Source: Trichoplax adhaerens
Taxonomy: Eukaryota; Animalia; Placozoa
Assembly (NCBI RefSeq): GCF_000150275.1
Contig: NW_002060946.1
Location: 4,111,454-4,175,453 of the forward strand
Direction of reading: 5' to 3'
DNA: 64,000 bases
Made by a program: the position numbers and the translations under genes. The notes beneath the pieces are model-generated. The model did no database searches. It was not told where the DNA came from and worked only from the letters and a program-made list of their open reading frames with translations. Of the stretch, positions 40,401-54,600 are shown one piece after another; position 1 is the stretch's first letter; every line of letters begins with the position of its first letter.

Positions 40401-43400
40401 ATGGCTACATTGTTTTAACAAACCCATTTCTTTTCACTGCCAATCTACTAAAGTTCATGAGTTTTAGCAACTAACAACAATAGACATAATTTATTAATTC
40501 TTTATTCACTTCCTATAGGTCATCATTTGATTGAATATTATAGTAAGTAAAGCTATTATTGGTGTGGAAGGTACTCCTACCTTGATATTTTATAATTTAA
40601 AATTACCTTAACGGCGCAGATATAACCTTCAAATGGCTGATTATGACTGAATACCTTGTACTCATGAATCTCAATTATAATTACCAGTACAATTGAATAA
40701 ATAATATCATTGCAAACACGATGATAGTGTTTATAAGTTTATATGGTAGAGGCTTTGTAACATTTAAATAAGGAACTTTCACAATGCAAACCGTGTTAAA
40801 AATTGAAATGAATACTATAATTAAAAATAGTGCATCATAGTAAATAACTTCGCATATTTACAATTGATGTTAGATAAAGACAATATATTAAAACTTTATT
40901 CATAAAATCTTACTTTAATCTATCGTCATTTATCCTTTTTTATACAAATATCTCCATGTATGCATACGAATAGCCAATAGAAGTTGTAGTCTAAACCCAC
41001 TTATTTATCGGAAACGCTGTACTTACTATAATATTCGTAATAATCTTTCATTTCAGTGCTGGTACTAAGAAGACAGTATATTTGGATTCGAATAAATGAA
41101 TTAATTATAGACCAATAGATATAGTATTATCACCATCACTCCATAAAGGAACGAACTAACTAACGAAACTAATAAAACATTTGGAAATAAAAGACAATTT
41201 TCTACTATCCGTAGTGAGAAATAGGATATAGTATTGTAAAATAATATTGTTTCAAATTGGACATTTTCCTGGAATAAAATAGAATTGATTGACATCCCTT
41301 TCTGACGAAATAGTTAGCACAGGTGTTCATCTTCATTTCACTCTTGTCTTTCGTCAGCTATTTTATTAGGACATGAATAATAAAATTGGCTTAAAAGAGG
41401 GTTTAACGTCATCAACATTTTATTCTAAGATGTTGTAATACCTGTTCCTTTTACGTCAATACTTAATTTATTAAACGCGTTCTATCATAGACCATACTCA
41501 ATTTGACAAAATCAGCTTGCATCATTATCAATAAAGAATGATTAAGCTCGAAACATGTGAAAGGTTTCTTATATTTTTGCCTATAATCATCCTAAATCAT
41601 AAATTTATATTGTCTGCATAGCTATTATCAATTATATATATACACGGTATAGATAATACGAGTTTTATGACGTGTAATAAATGGGTCTCACAATAACTAT
41701 CTTATTCAAATGGTATTTTCTAAAAGGCTTTTATTACAAGGTTTTAGGAATAGTAGAGCAATAATTAATTACTACAAGAATCTAGTCTAAAATCTAAAGT
41801 TTTCGAGCTCAAAGCGAAGTGAAGTCTCTTTTCCTCTGTGAGCTCATCTCTGCAGTTCTTATAAACATTTCGTTAAATCCGTTTATGATAACTTGATTTA
41901 TCTACAATCAGACACGAGCTATCAAACAAAATACTTTTCTCTAATAGTACATCATTATTTTCTACAATCTAAATCGTTCTACTTAAGATATCACTACTCT
42001 TCTATTAACGTCTAGGCCCTTTCTCCGAAGGGCATCTTCATAACTACAGTATTTCTAGCTACATGAATCTTGTACCATAATTAGTCAACTCGGTATAAAG
42101 TTACTGAACCTCTGACAGGTCTACTGAGTACGACAAATGGTAATACTATCTGTTAAATGAGCACATTATCGTAAACCGTCAGCAAAGCGACGGGAGTTTG
42201 CACTAGTATCTATTCAAAGCAACCTAACTATATCAAATATAGCTATCCGTATAATCAAATATGGGTGCATCACTACATGACGTAAAAAATGATGTATGTG
42301 TGTATTCCTTAGAATAGGATTGCGGGAATATGATCAAAGTAACAATTTTAGAGAGCTTATCTTATGCTGATAAATAAAAACTTTTTGTTAAATACGTAGG
42401 TGAACATCTACTTTTAATTAATTCCGTGCAGGATAACCACGAAAAATATCAAGATTTTATTCGCACAGATAGTTTTATTCGACTATAATCCCTCCTATTA
42501 TTATCATTAATACTACTAAGAATGGGCGCATTATTCTTTTAAACTTAGTAGTATAGCTACAGATATTACTATCTAATCAGATTTTTATACATTAAATAGA
42601 TTCTAAATATCGAATAACAAAGCTTGACGATACGTATTAATTTAAAGGGAAGTCCACGTATATACTAGGCTCTTTTCAATTTGTATAGAGAACATTTAGG
42701 AATAACTGCCCAGTTTTAGCCTCTTCCTCTTCAATAATGATGTTTCATTTAATATTGAGTATAAAGTAAGTTTTGTAACGTTTGGGTACAGAAAATTAAT
42801 AATACAATCTACTTCCTGGCTAATATAAATTAAGCAAATGGAAGATAACGGCAGTGAAATAAAAGTATTTACCAATTTGTAAAGTACTTGTCATTTTTCA
42901 TTATTCTACTTTTCACAATAATGTAAGTACGTGGTATATTCGTGAAGAGATTCACATTATTAATCATTTATTATCAGTATCTGAACGAGTTAAAAAATGA
43001 AGGGAATATGTAACGGGAAATCAAACTATTTTTTAAAGTTATGGTGCGTAGGAGTTCTTAATATGAATTAAACTGTACAACAGCATAGTAATATAAAAAA
43101 ATTTAAAATAAAAACAGGAACAATATCAAAACCTATTTTTCTTGCTATTTTTTATGGTTAAAGAATAAAAAAAGTAGACAAAGAGAAGGGACTACATTAA
43201 ATAAATTAGTTAATACTTTCGTAAATAAAGCTAAATTGACCTCTAAAATTACAGTATTAGTTATAAAAACCCTTCAATGGTACTATAATTAATACAATAT
43301 TAATAACGAATTTATTACCACAAACTTATCACTACAATCTATTTATTGATATACATTTCAATTTGGTGTATTACGATTATGCTAAGAATTTCAGATAACA

Positions 43401-46400
43401 AAGTATTGGATTCTCTTGTTAAGAATATAATAAATATAATTTTCTATAATTTAATGGATGGTAGTGTATACGAATTTGATGACGATGGTAAATGATATGT
43501 TAGGGTACTATCTATCTGAATTTTCTCTCTCAAATAGTTTGGCATACATATATTCTCCTTCTCTAATATTTCTGCCTTTACAATTTATTTAATCTTAAAT
43601 ACTTGAGTTTAAAAATGAATAAGTCTCTATAGCAGTAAATATACACTGCAGTATTTTTACTTCGTATGAAAGTCCCAATTATGCCATAATCATAAGCTTC
43701 CGTCGATAATTTCATAATTCTGAACACGGTCTTCTTCATTTCTACAACAAATAAGATTTATTGACAGTTTCCTTCTATTGTGAAAAATCTCTGAAATATT
43801 GCTCATTATAATTATAAATAATTGAGCATTAATGTATTATCTTCCTTCTTGATATTTCTGTAAAACCTGTTTTATCGATCTTATTAGTAAGCAAAATATC
43901 TATTATAGAATAACATTGATAAATTTTAACGGTGAATTTAAGTATTTAAGTATTTTTTCTTCCTTAATGACATGATAAAATTAATTATACTATAAAATTA
44001 AGGTATATATCAGGAAATAATTTAATATAATAAGACAGGCTACGTCAAATAGCTTTTACTTTAAAGACATTGGCTTAATCAACAGCAGGAATAATTCCTA
44101 AAGTATATGATCAACTCTCGTTCAGTATAATATAAAGATTACGCAATGGCAGCATATTATTGCAGACTATTGCTAATAATGTCGTGATGTCTGTATATTT
44201 GTCATAGATAATGTAGTAAAATATAAATGAAAATATGATACAAGAATTGATATCCTTTAGGGTAATGGAATATGTTAATAAGCATTCATGAATTGTAGTT
44301 TTAAATTGAGGCATTGTCTGTAGTTCATGATAAGTTGGTAAATATTTTCATCCGTATATTCAGATAGTTTAGTACATTTTAATCTCATAAACTCACATTT
44401 AATTTCAAGAGAAGTAAAATAAGTAGTTTAATTATTTTATTTTATTATCAGAACAATGGACAGCAGATTATTATTCTGTATAATTGTCCTTTTGCCATAT
44501 TTGAACAATATTATCGCTTTACAAGTTGATAGTAAGGAAAGATATGATTAAAAATATTTCCGTAGTAAGTAACCACTCAACAATAGCGGCTGATTTGGTC
44601 AGGTTTAATAATAATCATGCTAAATAGATATGAAAAATTCCAAAGTCAAGATACCATCAACTCTGTTTTAACAGACAATTGATCAACGATGAAAATAGAT
44701 TATTTTGGTATTGCAGAATATTGATCTAAATTTTGGATAACTTAAGTCTTATAAACGATAAGATATACAATAATACTCATAGGGAAATAAAATAATTTGT
44801 CACATCAAGAGAACTTTATGTAAAATATAATCTTGAATTATTTTCTATTATCTTGCATCAAAATTATGGCTACCATAGCACAGTATTAAGAGAATTAGCA
44901 AAAGACAATATTGCTCTTACTGAACTTAACGCAATGTGCTGACTTAAAGTATTGCCTTTAATACGGTATCAATGAGTCAATAACATTATTTATTGAAAAA
45001 TGAATAAAATGTATCTATAAGGATTAAAAGTTTTAATTTTCCATCTTCAAATAATCTAAACATTTTAAGATTTATATCTACCATCAAAATAAACTCGGTT
45101 TTGATTTATAGATTGTTGACAACAATAATGGTCTTAGCGGAAACCATTTCATTGCTCTACAGAATAATAATTTAATCATTTCGCATGTTTACTGCCTAAC
45201 TTAAAGTATTTTCTACGTAAAATGTTGCATAAGAAAACTAAAGAGACACAATACAATACGTCCTAAACCACTCATATATGAATTTTGCCACGCAAACCTG
45301 CCAAACTTTTTTAAAACCTAATGACATTATCTAATAGACTCTAGCCAAAATTATCTCTAGTTATTGCGAGTTTATTTAACGTATTTTAAAATATCAATTC
45401 GCTTGCTATTGACTATCAAAAGTCATTGCTCTCGTATTTCCAACAATTCTATTTTAACTGTTAACAATGGTAAACTTGCAACTTAATATAATATCAGTAG
45501 GCTACGTAGCGAGTATCAATTTAAATCGAAATAGATCTGATCTAAAGCTGATTAATAGTTTCATTAAATTCTATATTACTAGATGTTTATAATCAAGGTG
45601 ATGCGATAGAATAGTAATCTTATTTCTTGACATAAATGCCAAGCATTGATCAAATTACAGGTTGCTATGAAATTCTAAATATTGCTTCCACCGATTGTTT
45701 ATTTAGTCTCTAGATAAGCAACTAATGAGATATCGCGAATAACTGCAAATATTTATTATCTGTACTTAGCACAATCTGTGAAATTCATTGATAGCGAACC
45801 ATAACGATATGACGTAGATCAATGGTTGTGTACTATGAAATTAAATACAATCAGAAGGATTATTTTTCCATGAGCAAACTATAATACAAGCAAATCATGG
45901 CTTTTGTCTTTACTAGTCTGTACTAGTTACAACTGAAGAAATATTAAACTGGTATTCATCTTGGCTTTGAACAGTTTCCAGTTCATTAATTATAGTCAAT
46001 GAGCATAGTAGGGCTATTTATCCAAGAATGGGTTATGACAGGATAATATTAGTCAACAGCTATTTAAGATGTATACTAGTTATAACCAAATACAATATAG
46101 GACAAGGATTAAATTATTGATGACAGTAAACTTGTATTAGTTGACCTTAATTTATAATTCATAGTCGATACAATCAGCTAAGATTTTTGTCCAAGACTAG
46201 AAGTATCATCGTACCGCACAAACTAAGATTTACTGATGATCGATACTAGTTTAGAGTGAAAGGAATATGGGACGAGTGATAAATTGTGTAGCTATTGTAT
46301 AATCAGTTCTTTGCTCCTTATTTTAATCAATGCGATATAATGTATTGGTGGAATACATGAGTATTAAACCACGTTAAATATTGCATCAGTACCTGATTGA

Positions 46401-47264
46401 ATAAGATCTGTACTAAATACAATTGATCAAGCGCTGAGCTAAATTTCGTACTAGATGATGAACGAATTTTTCAGTCCAGTAGGCATTTAAGATATATACC
46501 GGTTAAAATTATGATAAACAATTAAACTATTTGCTTATACTTGTAAAAATAGCTTTGTTCCGTCCTAAATGCCATATGTAATCATCGATAATTACAATTA
46601 ATGAAAGTATTCACTGAAATAGAGGACTAGACGAAGAGAGCAAAGAAGACGGTGGTTTAATGTTCTTTCCTACTCTACTCCATGGGCTGGCAGTTTGCAC
46701 AGTGCTACTATTAATTAGATTGGATCGAATAAATCAGCAGCAATGCGGCGAGTGGTTAGTTTTGCTCAATATAGAATTAGTGAATTATTGCCTAAGCTTA
46801 TGCATTTTATGAACCGTCAAATTGGTACAGATACTTACCTATCATACTATATGTTTTTTACAGTAAATAATTCTAGTTACGTAATAGCTTTTTATGCAAG
46901 TTAAAATGATCAAGAACAATATAGATGGCTAAGGAAAAGCTATAACTAAATATATATATATGGATAAAATTGATTATTATATAATAACAATGTATAGCTA
47001 AAATCGTCATTAACAAAATAAAAACAAGCATCATAGTAGACAGAAAATTTTTATCTATATCCTGAAATAAAATACTCCAGATTGTTGCTTTATGGTTTTT
47101 CATATGAAACTATAAATTATGAATAACGTTACATTATTTTATTTCTACCCTTCATAATACCATTACGGCGATCACCCTCCATTATGAATTGATACTTTTA
47201 GTAGTTACCATATTAATGAAATTAATTTGGTAAAAATGGATTTACTGAAGTAAATGGAATGAAG

Positions 47265-47486
47265 GAGTTAAAATATTAATTCGTAATACAAGTGTGAGTA
47301 TATAATATATTGTAAATTTAAATAAACTAGACCATTGACACCCTTGATAGGTACCATACTAATGAGATTAATATAAAGAAAAATTGATTTTTAGAAGTAA
47401 ATAGAGTCGACGAGTAAAAATATTAATTCGTAATACAAGTATAAGCAAGCATGCGAGTATGTAAGATGCTGTAAACTTAAGTAAAC
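47265..47486. repeat. Short two-copy direct repeat
   Basis: AAAATATTAATTCGTAATACAAGT followed by similar GAGTAT..TGTAAA(T/C)TTAA(A/G)TAAAC, at about 47270 and 47417. Confidence 0.75.
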
Positions 47487-49859
47487 AGACTTAATATGGC
47501 TCCTATTCACATTGTAATGAAACTAAAGTCAACTGAATGACATTATTATAAGGCCAATACTGAATTCAACCTGTTTTAGTATGCTATTTTCCATCTTGAA
47601 TTATAACTATCCATATGCACTAGTGGAACCGGCGATTATACTGGAACCATACAGAAATTTATCAATCTGATTAATTGACCTTATCGATGAATAGTCTTTC
47701 AATTAGAGTCTGTTGTTTATATCAATTTGCCATGATATTAGGATTATCTCTATGTTGTCACGAAACTAGTTGATCCTTTTTCCCTTTTTATTATCAAGCC
47801 AATGTATAGTAAAATGAAGACTATGCTATTATAAACAGATGTATACGTATCCAGCTGCCTGAAGCAATTATTATGATTACTATGATTATTGCAGCGTACG
47901 CGATGGTGTCTTGTTTGTAGATAAAGAAATTTCTAATTTATATTTTATCTTATTTTCATATTGTTTCCCCAACTGGAGTGTTTGGATTGCTTGTATTTCA
48001 CATGCACAATATCACAAGACAGCTGTTCATATTTAATCATGGTATTATATAATAACTTCTACCGTATAAATTTTTCTGATTTGTTCAATCCATTCACACT
48101 ATTTCAATCGCCCATTTTATACTAAAACTATTATTCAACTATGATAATGGTGATACCATGAGCAAGATTGTACGAGTATAGTAGGATTTAGTACAATTAT
48201 TCGTTAATATTCCAGTCGTAATAATTTACTCTAACTATCATTGATTATTTCATGCAAGCTGATAAATTGTAAGTATGATGCTCAATTCCAATAAAGCTCG
48301 AAATATTACCATCACGACACGTTACCTATTAAAATAGAATAGTATAGAATCAGTTGATTTTATCTCTATATTTTTATCAACCTACGTATTATCTATATTT
48401 AAATCAGATATATAATTTAAATTTTTTGTAATATATGCTTCCATCGGGTTGGATAAATTGCCAATAAAAATGGATTATCAATTGTTATACTTATTATTGA
48501 AGCAAGTACCAACTAGATTATGAATCATATTTGACGTCAAAAATTGCTCTCTTCCTTTCTGTTTTATCTATTCTATCATTCATACAATAGCCAACATAAA
48601 TAATTATTTGTATTTTATCCATTCGGCGTCAATCTTTACCTCTTTCTCGATATGGATGTCTGTCATTTCTTTTTCTGTCCCTTATACTATTATGATAATG
48701 GTGGTGATTGCGAACGGTAATAATAATGACTATCATAGTAGTTTACGTATTAATCACGTATAACTTCCTTCCTATAAAGTAACCTTATTTGAATTTAAAT
48801 AGACCATATTGATACACAATTAGAAATAGAATATCATTAAAATACTGAATTTTCTATGCGCCGTGAGTTGTGTATTAATACAACTCTATTTCTATTCAAA
48901 TTATTTGTATAGGAGGGCATCTTTAGCCTACATTGTATGGAATAAAATTGAGTTCTTCCTTATTTAATACTAATATCTTATTATGATCGTTACACAGAGA
49001 AACAGGATGACAAATTCTATGACTTTTTTAATCTTGCTCTAAATGTTCTGTTTCAGAGAGGGTTTTCTCACACATTTAAAGTTGAAGAGAAATTCAATTG
49101 TTAACATTACCCTATTCTGAGTTCATTATCAACGCCATAAAACATCATTTTACTCTAGGTAATAGTATGATAATCATGATCTATCTATACAATACAAGGT
49201 AGGTTTATATTATTTATATTATAAATGTGTAAGTCGAATTGAGATTCTATTTGATTTGTTTATTTACCCTATCGACCTACTTTGTGTCTCTATCTCTATG
49301 TATTTGTGATCCACTATACATATAATATATTCAACACAATTTAAAGCTAGCAGCCTGTCAAATATCCATGGCTATGATACAATATGTCTATCTTGTTTCA
49401 AAATTTAAAATTATCAACTAGTTATTGTTATTATCATGGAAAATTGAAAGTTATACGTACGAACAGTGAATAGAAGAGGAGATTGTTATATTCAAATGGA
49501 TTATAATATGGTGGCGAGACGCAAATATTCAAATGTTATCCTATTCAATAATAACCATAATAATTGTTTAATATCCACAATAAGGATAGACGTAAGCATA
49601 ATTAAAATTAATACAATGGTGTCATATTGGAGCGGATTAAGTGGGCAAAGTGTCATTGATGTCTTACTATATGATATTAAAAGTTCTCATCATTGATTCT
49701 CAATGTACATAAAAGGTCAAACATTGTCATTTCCATCATACTCCTTTCACTTGCAAGACGTATCCTATCTTGAGCTAACAAGAAGTTCATTTCAGTAACG
49801 AGAGAAAAGATTATAGATTGGCAGTATTTTTTGCTGATTAGCGAATTCAACAGCGAGAT

Positions 49860-51608
49860 ATGAATCCAATTAGACGATCGGTTCAAGAATACGGTAATCC
49901 ATACGGTCATCATCATCATCAATCGAGTAGCTATAAGAAAATTACCAGCAACCTAAGTCTTGGTAATAATCGTCATGGTATTGCAAGTAGCAGCAAAAAT
50001 GGTAGTAGCAGCGGTAGTAATATTGGTACCAGTAGTTATAACCATTCAAGTCATTTACCTCTAGTGACAAGCTATCAATCCAATCATCCTTACTTTCTTG
50101 GTCATTTACCTCCATTTCAAGATTATTTACAACGTGTTTGGATGAATCGACCTGGTCGACGATGTTCTTCTGCTATTTCTCGATCATTACATAATAAAAT
50201 TGTCGATTATTTACAACATAATACCAGTACCACACCAAAATTCAAATATTGGGTCAAGAGTAAACGATTTACACTCATCAATAGCTATTTAGCAGTCCCT
50301 GCAGGGACAGGAAGAAAAAGATCCAAATCTACAAATAAGTTATTTCAGCTAAAATCATCATCGACTAGTAGTTCAACTCAACGCTCAGGTAATTTTATCC
50401 ATGATCCCATATGGTTATGACTAGCTTTTTTAGCACAAAATGTTCTTGATTACTTTATACGGTATATCTATCTTGCTGTACCACACTGAAACCGATTATT
50501 CTTGCTTGACTATAAGTATAGTACTCTAAATTAATCATATCCTAAAAGAGATTATTCCTATATGTACGTGTGCATGATTACTTTTATTTACAAGTAGTTC
50601 AGAGGTTATGTCTGTGCTGTATATTGTTTTAATGTACATATTTGGTGCAAATATTATATTCATTTCAATTCATGTATCGGTACTTATGTTCCTTTAAGAA
50701 AATATCATTTTTTTGATTGATCTTGGATAGAAACAGCGATTCGAGGTTATCGTCGTGTTGCTGTCATCGAAGACTATGAAGAAATTATCCAACGCTATCA
50801 CTGTATTGAACATGAACATGCTGGAATTCGACGGACTTATGAAATGATATGCCAAGATTATTCTTATTTTCCTCGAGCAGTGGTAGCTAAATATTTGGAA
50901 TTTTGTCCAATTTGTTCGCATCGCAAACAACATGAAAGTACAACAACATCAAGTATTACAACAATATCAACATCGATACCTGCAATATCCAATCCATCAA
51001 CATCCATAGCGGTTATATCCGTGGCTACTGAAGCTATTAACAATGCGGGGAAAATGGATAAGATTGTAAGTAGTGGCAATATTATGGCTGCAACTACAAT
51101 ATCTAGCCAATATAACTTGCGTCTAGATAGTTTTATGGCCACTGGTAATATACTTTTTATTGATATGACCCATCGACCTGATGAATTTCATACTTGGATC
51201 GGGTGTTATTTTGATTCATGGAGTAATTATTGCATACTCTTCCCTCTAAGAAATCGTAGTCCACAAGAAGTTAGCCGTAAGTTAAGTAGCCATATCTTTG
51301 CTATCTTTGGATTACCTAAATTATTGAGATGTCAGCTTGATGGGGATTATATCCAAGAATTAGTAGATCAACTTCATCAACTATGGACTATACGAAAAAT
51401 GAATATACATATTGATCAGGTTAGATTAAATCATCATCCAATCATTCACTATATTCAACATCTGCTAACGATAGCATCAGTTGATAAGTGGGTTCCCAAT
51501 TTACCCCAAATTCAATATAAATTAAATAATACAAGTGCCAATACCGGATGGACTCCACAACAAATTGTCTTTAATATATTACCAACATGGATAGCAAGTA
51601 AAAGCTAA
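49860..51608 (+). CDS. NOL4-like / integrase-derived protein, 2 exons (49860-50388, 50731-51608), ~468 aa. NOL4-type N-terminal module, H2C2 zinc module and degenerate RNase H-fold integrase core.
   Basis: ISRSLHNKIVDYL..PKFKYWVKSKRFTL and RRVAVIEDYEEIIQRYH..HAGIRRTYEMICQDYSYFPRAVVAKYLEFCPICSHR resemble NOL4/NOL4L. FIDMTHRPD..FDSWSNYCILFPLRNRSPQEVSRKLSSHIFAIFGLPKLL..WVPNLPQIQYKLN..TGWTPQQIVF resembles the KRBA2/SCAND3 integrase core. A phase-1 GT-AG intron at 50389-50730 joins the two ORFs in frame. Confidence 0.8.
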
Positions 51609-54600
51609 AATTTGCTACTCATAATTATGATATATTACGATAACATTGATATAACATATACGGCAATCCTTAAGTTCATGCATAAGCGTATTTGTTAGAG
51701 CTCTACAGATAAGTGAATATAATCTATCGCAATATTTATTCTCATTTGTCTACATATATAGCTTATATGGTATACAATGTGTGCAAATTACTTAAAAAGA
51801 TTAAATAGTTGAAGATTTAATATTTTATTGATGTAATAAGTAGGCTAGAAACATTAAAACATCTAAGCTAATTCTATAAATACTTTCATAGCCACTTACA
51901 TCGCTATTATAATATCAAGTTATAAGATATTTCTGCGCAGAAATATTTTCCATTCTAATAATCGAATGCATAAAAAGTGATCTTTATAAAATTTTTTTAC
52001 AGATCATGCATGATTTCTTATAACCTAAACTGCTCTGACCTACTAAATTTTATCTTCTACAATCGTATTATATTTGTGTTTACAATAAGAAAAGATTTTT
52101 TTTCGTTCTCTATCTCAGAGTTTCTTCATTTGACAGCCAATTATTAATATTAGCGCAATATCTACATGTATGACATATCGCTTTGCTGTTTTAAAATATT
52201 TAAAGCTTCCCTTTACAAAAATAAAGTTCAAGATTTTACTCACTCTATAACGATTTATTTCTTACTATTTCTATAATCCATTTAATGAAACCCATTATAG
52301 TCTCATACTAAGATAATTATTCATCTTATAAGCATTAAGAAAATCAGATTGTAAGTGGATACTGCGATCTGTCACGCAAATTGCCCTACTCCGTGAGCGG
52401 CCTTTTATTCTAGGTTGATTTGTGATTTAATAAGCTTAATTTCTATTATTTAAATATGTAATCAGTCAGAAGGACCCTATATCTCTGAACATTAGTATTG
52501 CAGTTACGTATTTTTAAATTAATGGAGCTGAGGTATATTTTATCACGGGCGTATCTTTACTGAAACCATCTCTAGACGAAAAAGACTTGGTACATTGAAT
52601 CTATAAAGGTAACATGTTTGAGAATCATTAGTAACGAATAATTATTATAATCTTAAATAGCATATAATGTTATCTTTATTAATTTGGTCATAACCACCGT
52701 GGATGAAAATCACTTACAACAAAGAATTGAAATACTGATATGAAGATATAGATTAAACTAACAACCTAATATCGATATCCTTTACCTTATGATTTGAATG
52801 ATGGTAGTTTAAAATAAAATTTCTTTCTTTAAGTACCATCATTAGTCGGTTACAGTTATTGGCAGTTAAATTAAATAGTTTGACTACTATTCTATGGTAC
52901 TGCTATAGGCAATTTTTTGAAGAATTTCATTGAATCGCTATTCGATAACATGCTACCTGGCCTTGTGCATAACTTCAGTCATTTATCACAATATCCTTGA
53001 GTAAGAAATTTTGGGGATATAATTAATTACTATCGAAATTTTAAAATCCTTAGGGTATATGATATGATTTTATTTAGTTAGTTTAAAGGCCTTAAATACC
53101 GTAAGGTATAAATAATGTTTTAATTAACTAGGGTATAAAGCATTAACATTGAATCATAGAGCATAAAGTGTAGATAGTGGAAATTTGATAGAGATAATTT
53201 GTAAACTTAATAAATTGAAATATTTATACAGCCGTCGTTCGAACGATTTTAAAGTAACTTCTTGTCCTAGCAATCTTTTTGCTAGAATTTTTAAACTCTA
53301 GCCTATCGCATAATACCATAGGTAGATCTAATATGCGTACTTTCTTTTCCACTAGTTACAACGGAGCGCAATGATACATAGATACTAAAGTAAAAATAGC
53401 AGTAAAGATTTTTAATTTTTTCGATATTTTAAATGTCATTTAGCTGTCAGAGCTATCAAAGAAACTATCAAAGGTGGTCATCGATCCACAATTTATATTT
53501 AGCGACTACAGTACTTACTAAGATCTCAACTTTATTCTTTAATCGGCAAGTTTTTTCTGAAAACTATTCTATTTAGTAATTTATACATTATTTAAATCGA
53601 ATATCAAAGAAAATGTGTCTAGAAGTAAAGCTAAAGACACTTGTTTACGAGGTCATATGAATAAGTTTTAGAACTCGTATAATTATCATAACGGTAGATA
53701 TAGCAACGATTTCTGCAGAAGCTTGCGTTTGGAAACTATACTCGGTACTTAGTGTATTGGCTAATATACTCGTGCAGTACTACACATGTTTATTTAACAA
53801 ATAACAATATTCCTAGTATGTTTCATGATTTACAAATTGAGTTATTTGATGAGTAAAAATCATAATATATAACGTAAAAATTAAAGATATTGATGAGGGT
53901 AACCAATATGCACAGTGGATTGCCTATATTCAAAAATGGTTAAAAATCTTTAAAATACGATATCGAATATATTTTTGTCAATTCAAATAAAGAAATTTAA
54001 TTTCATTTGTCAACTATAAGACCTATCAACGTTTCTACAAGTAACTTAGGACTTCTTTTTATTTTTTTGAAGTCAAAAGGAATAGTCGTTAGGATTTGGA
54101 CCTTAAAGCGCATCATAATGTCAATACACATATTTCAAGCTGTATATGTAAACACATTTTATTCGCTTCAATTTCAAGTGACGTTCTGTAGTAGGCTATA
54201 AAATACTAATTTTTCGACAAAATGTAATATCTTGATACATTAATGGCCCCTTTCATTTAGGTACGACTGAAGATTGCTTTGTCATTGCACTCTTATATTA
54301 TTGCAACCTACTAGGAAATCATAAGAAGAATCGTTTACGTATTCATAATTATTAATAAATCTTTTTGTTTTTCGTTATGACTAGAAAATACGATAACTAA
54401 AATTATATAAAACCTGTCTTACTTTAACTACTCCTGTATCCAGACTTCACACCAGAGTCTATCAAAGATTACATCGGACTATAGTTGTTTTACATCAAAG
54501 GATATACCGGTATTCGATACCGAAACTATTGAGATAAAAGAAAAATTTATTCAAGCTGAGTTTATTATTGGTGAGGTATGGCTATAGTTATCACATTATG

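Noticed and set aside
49300-52200. Active Ginger or LTR element around the integrase-like gene
   Set aside because: I saw no TIRs, LTRs, RT, RNase H or protease sequence. The catalytic residues are degenerate and the gene has an intron, so I called it a host CDS.
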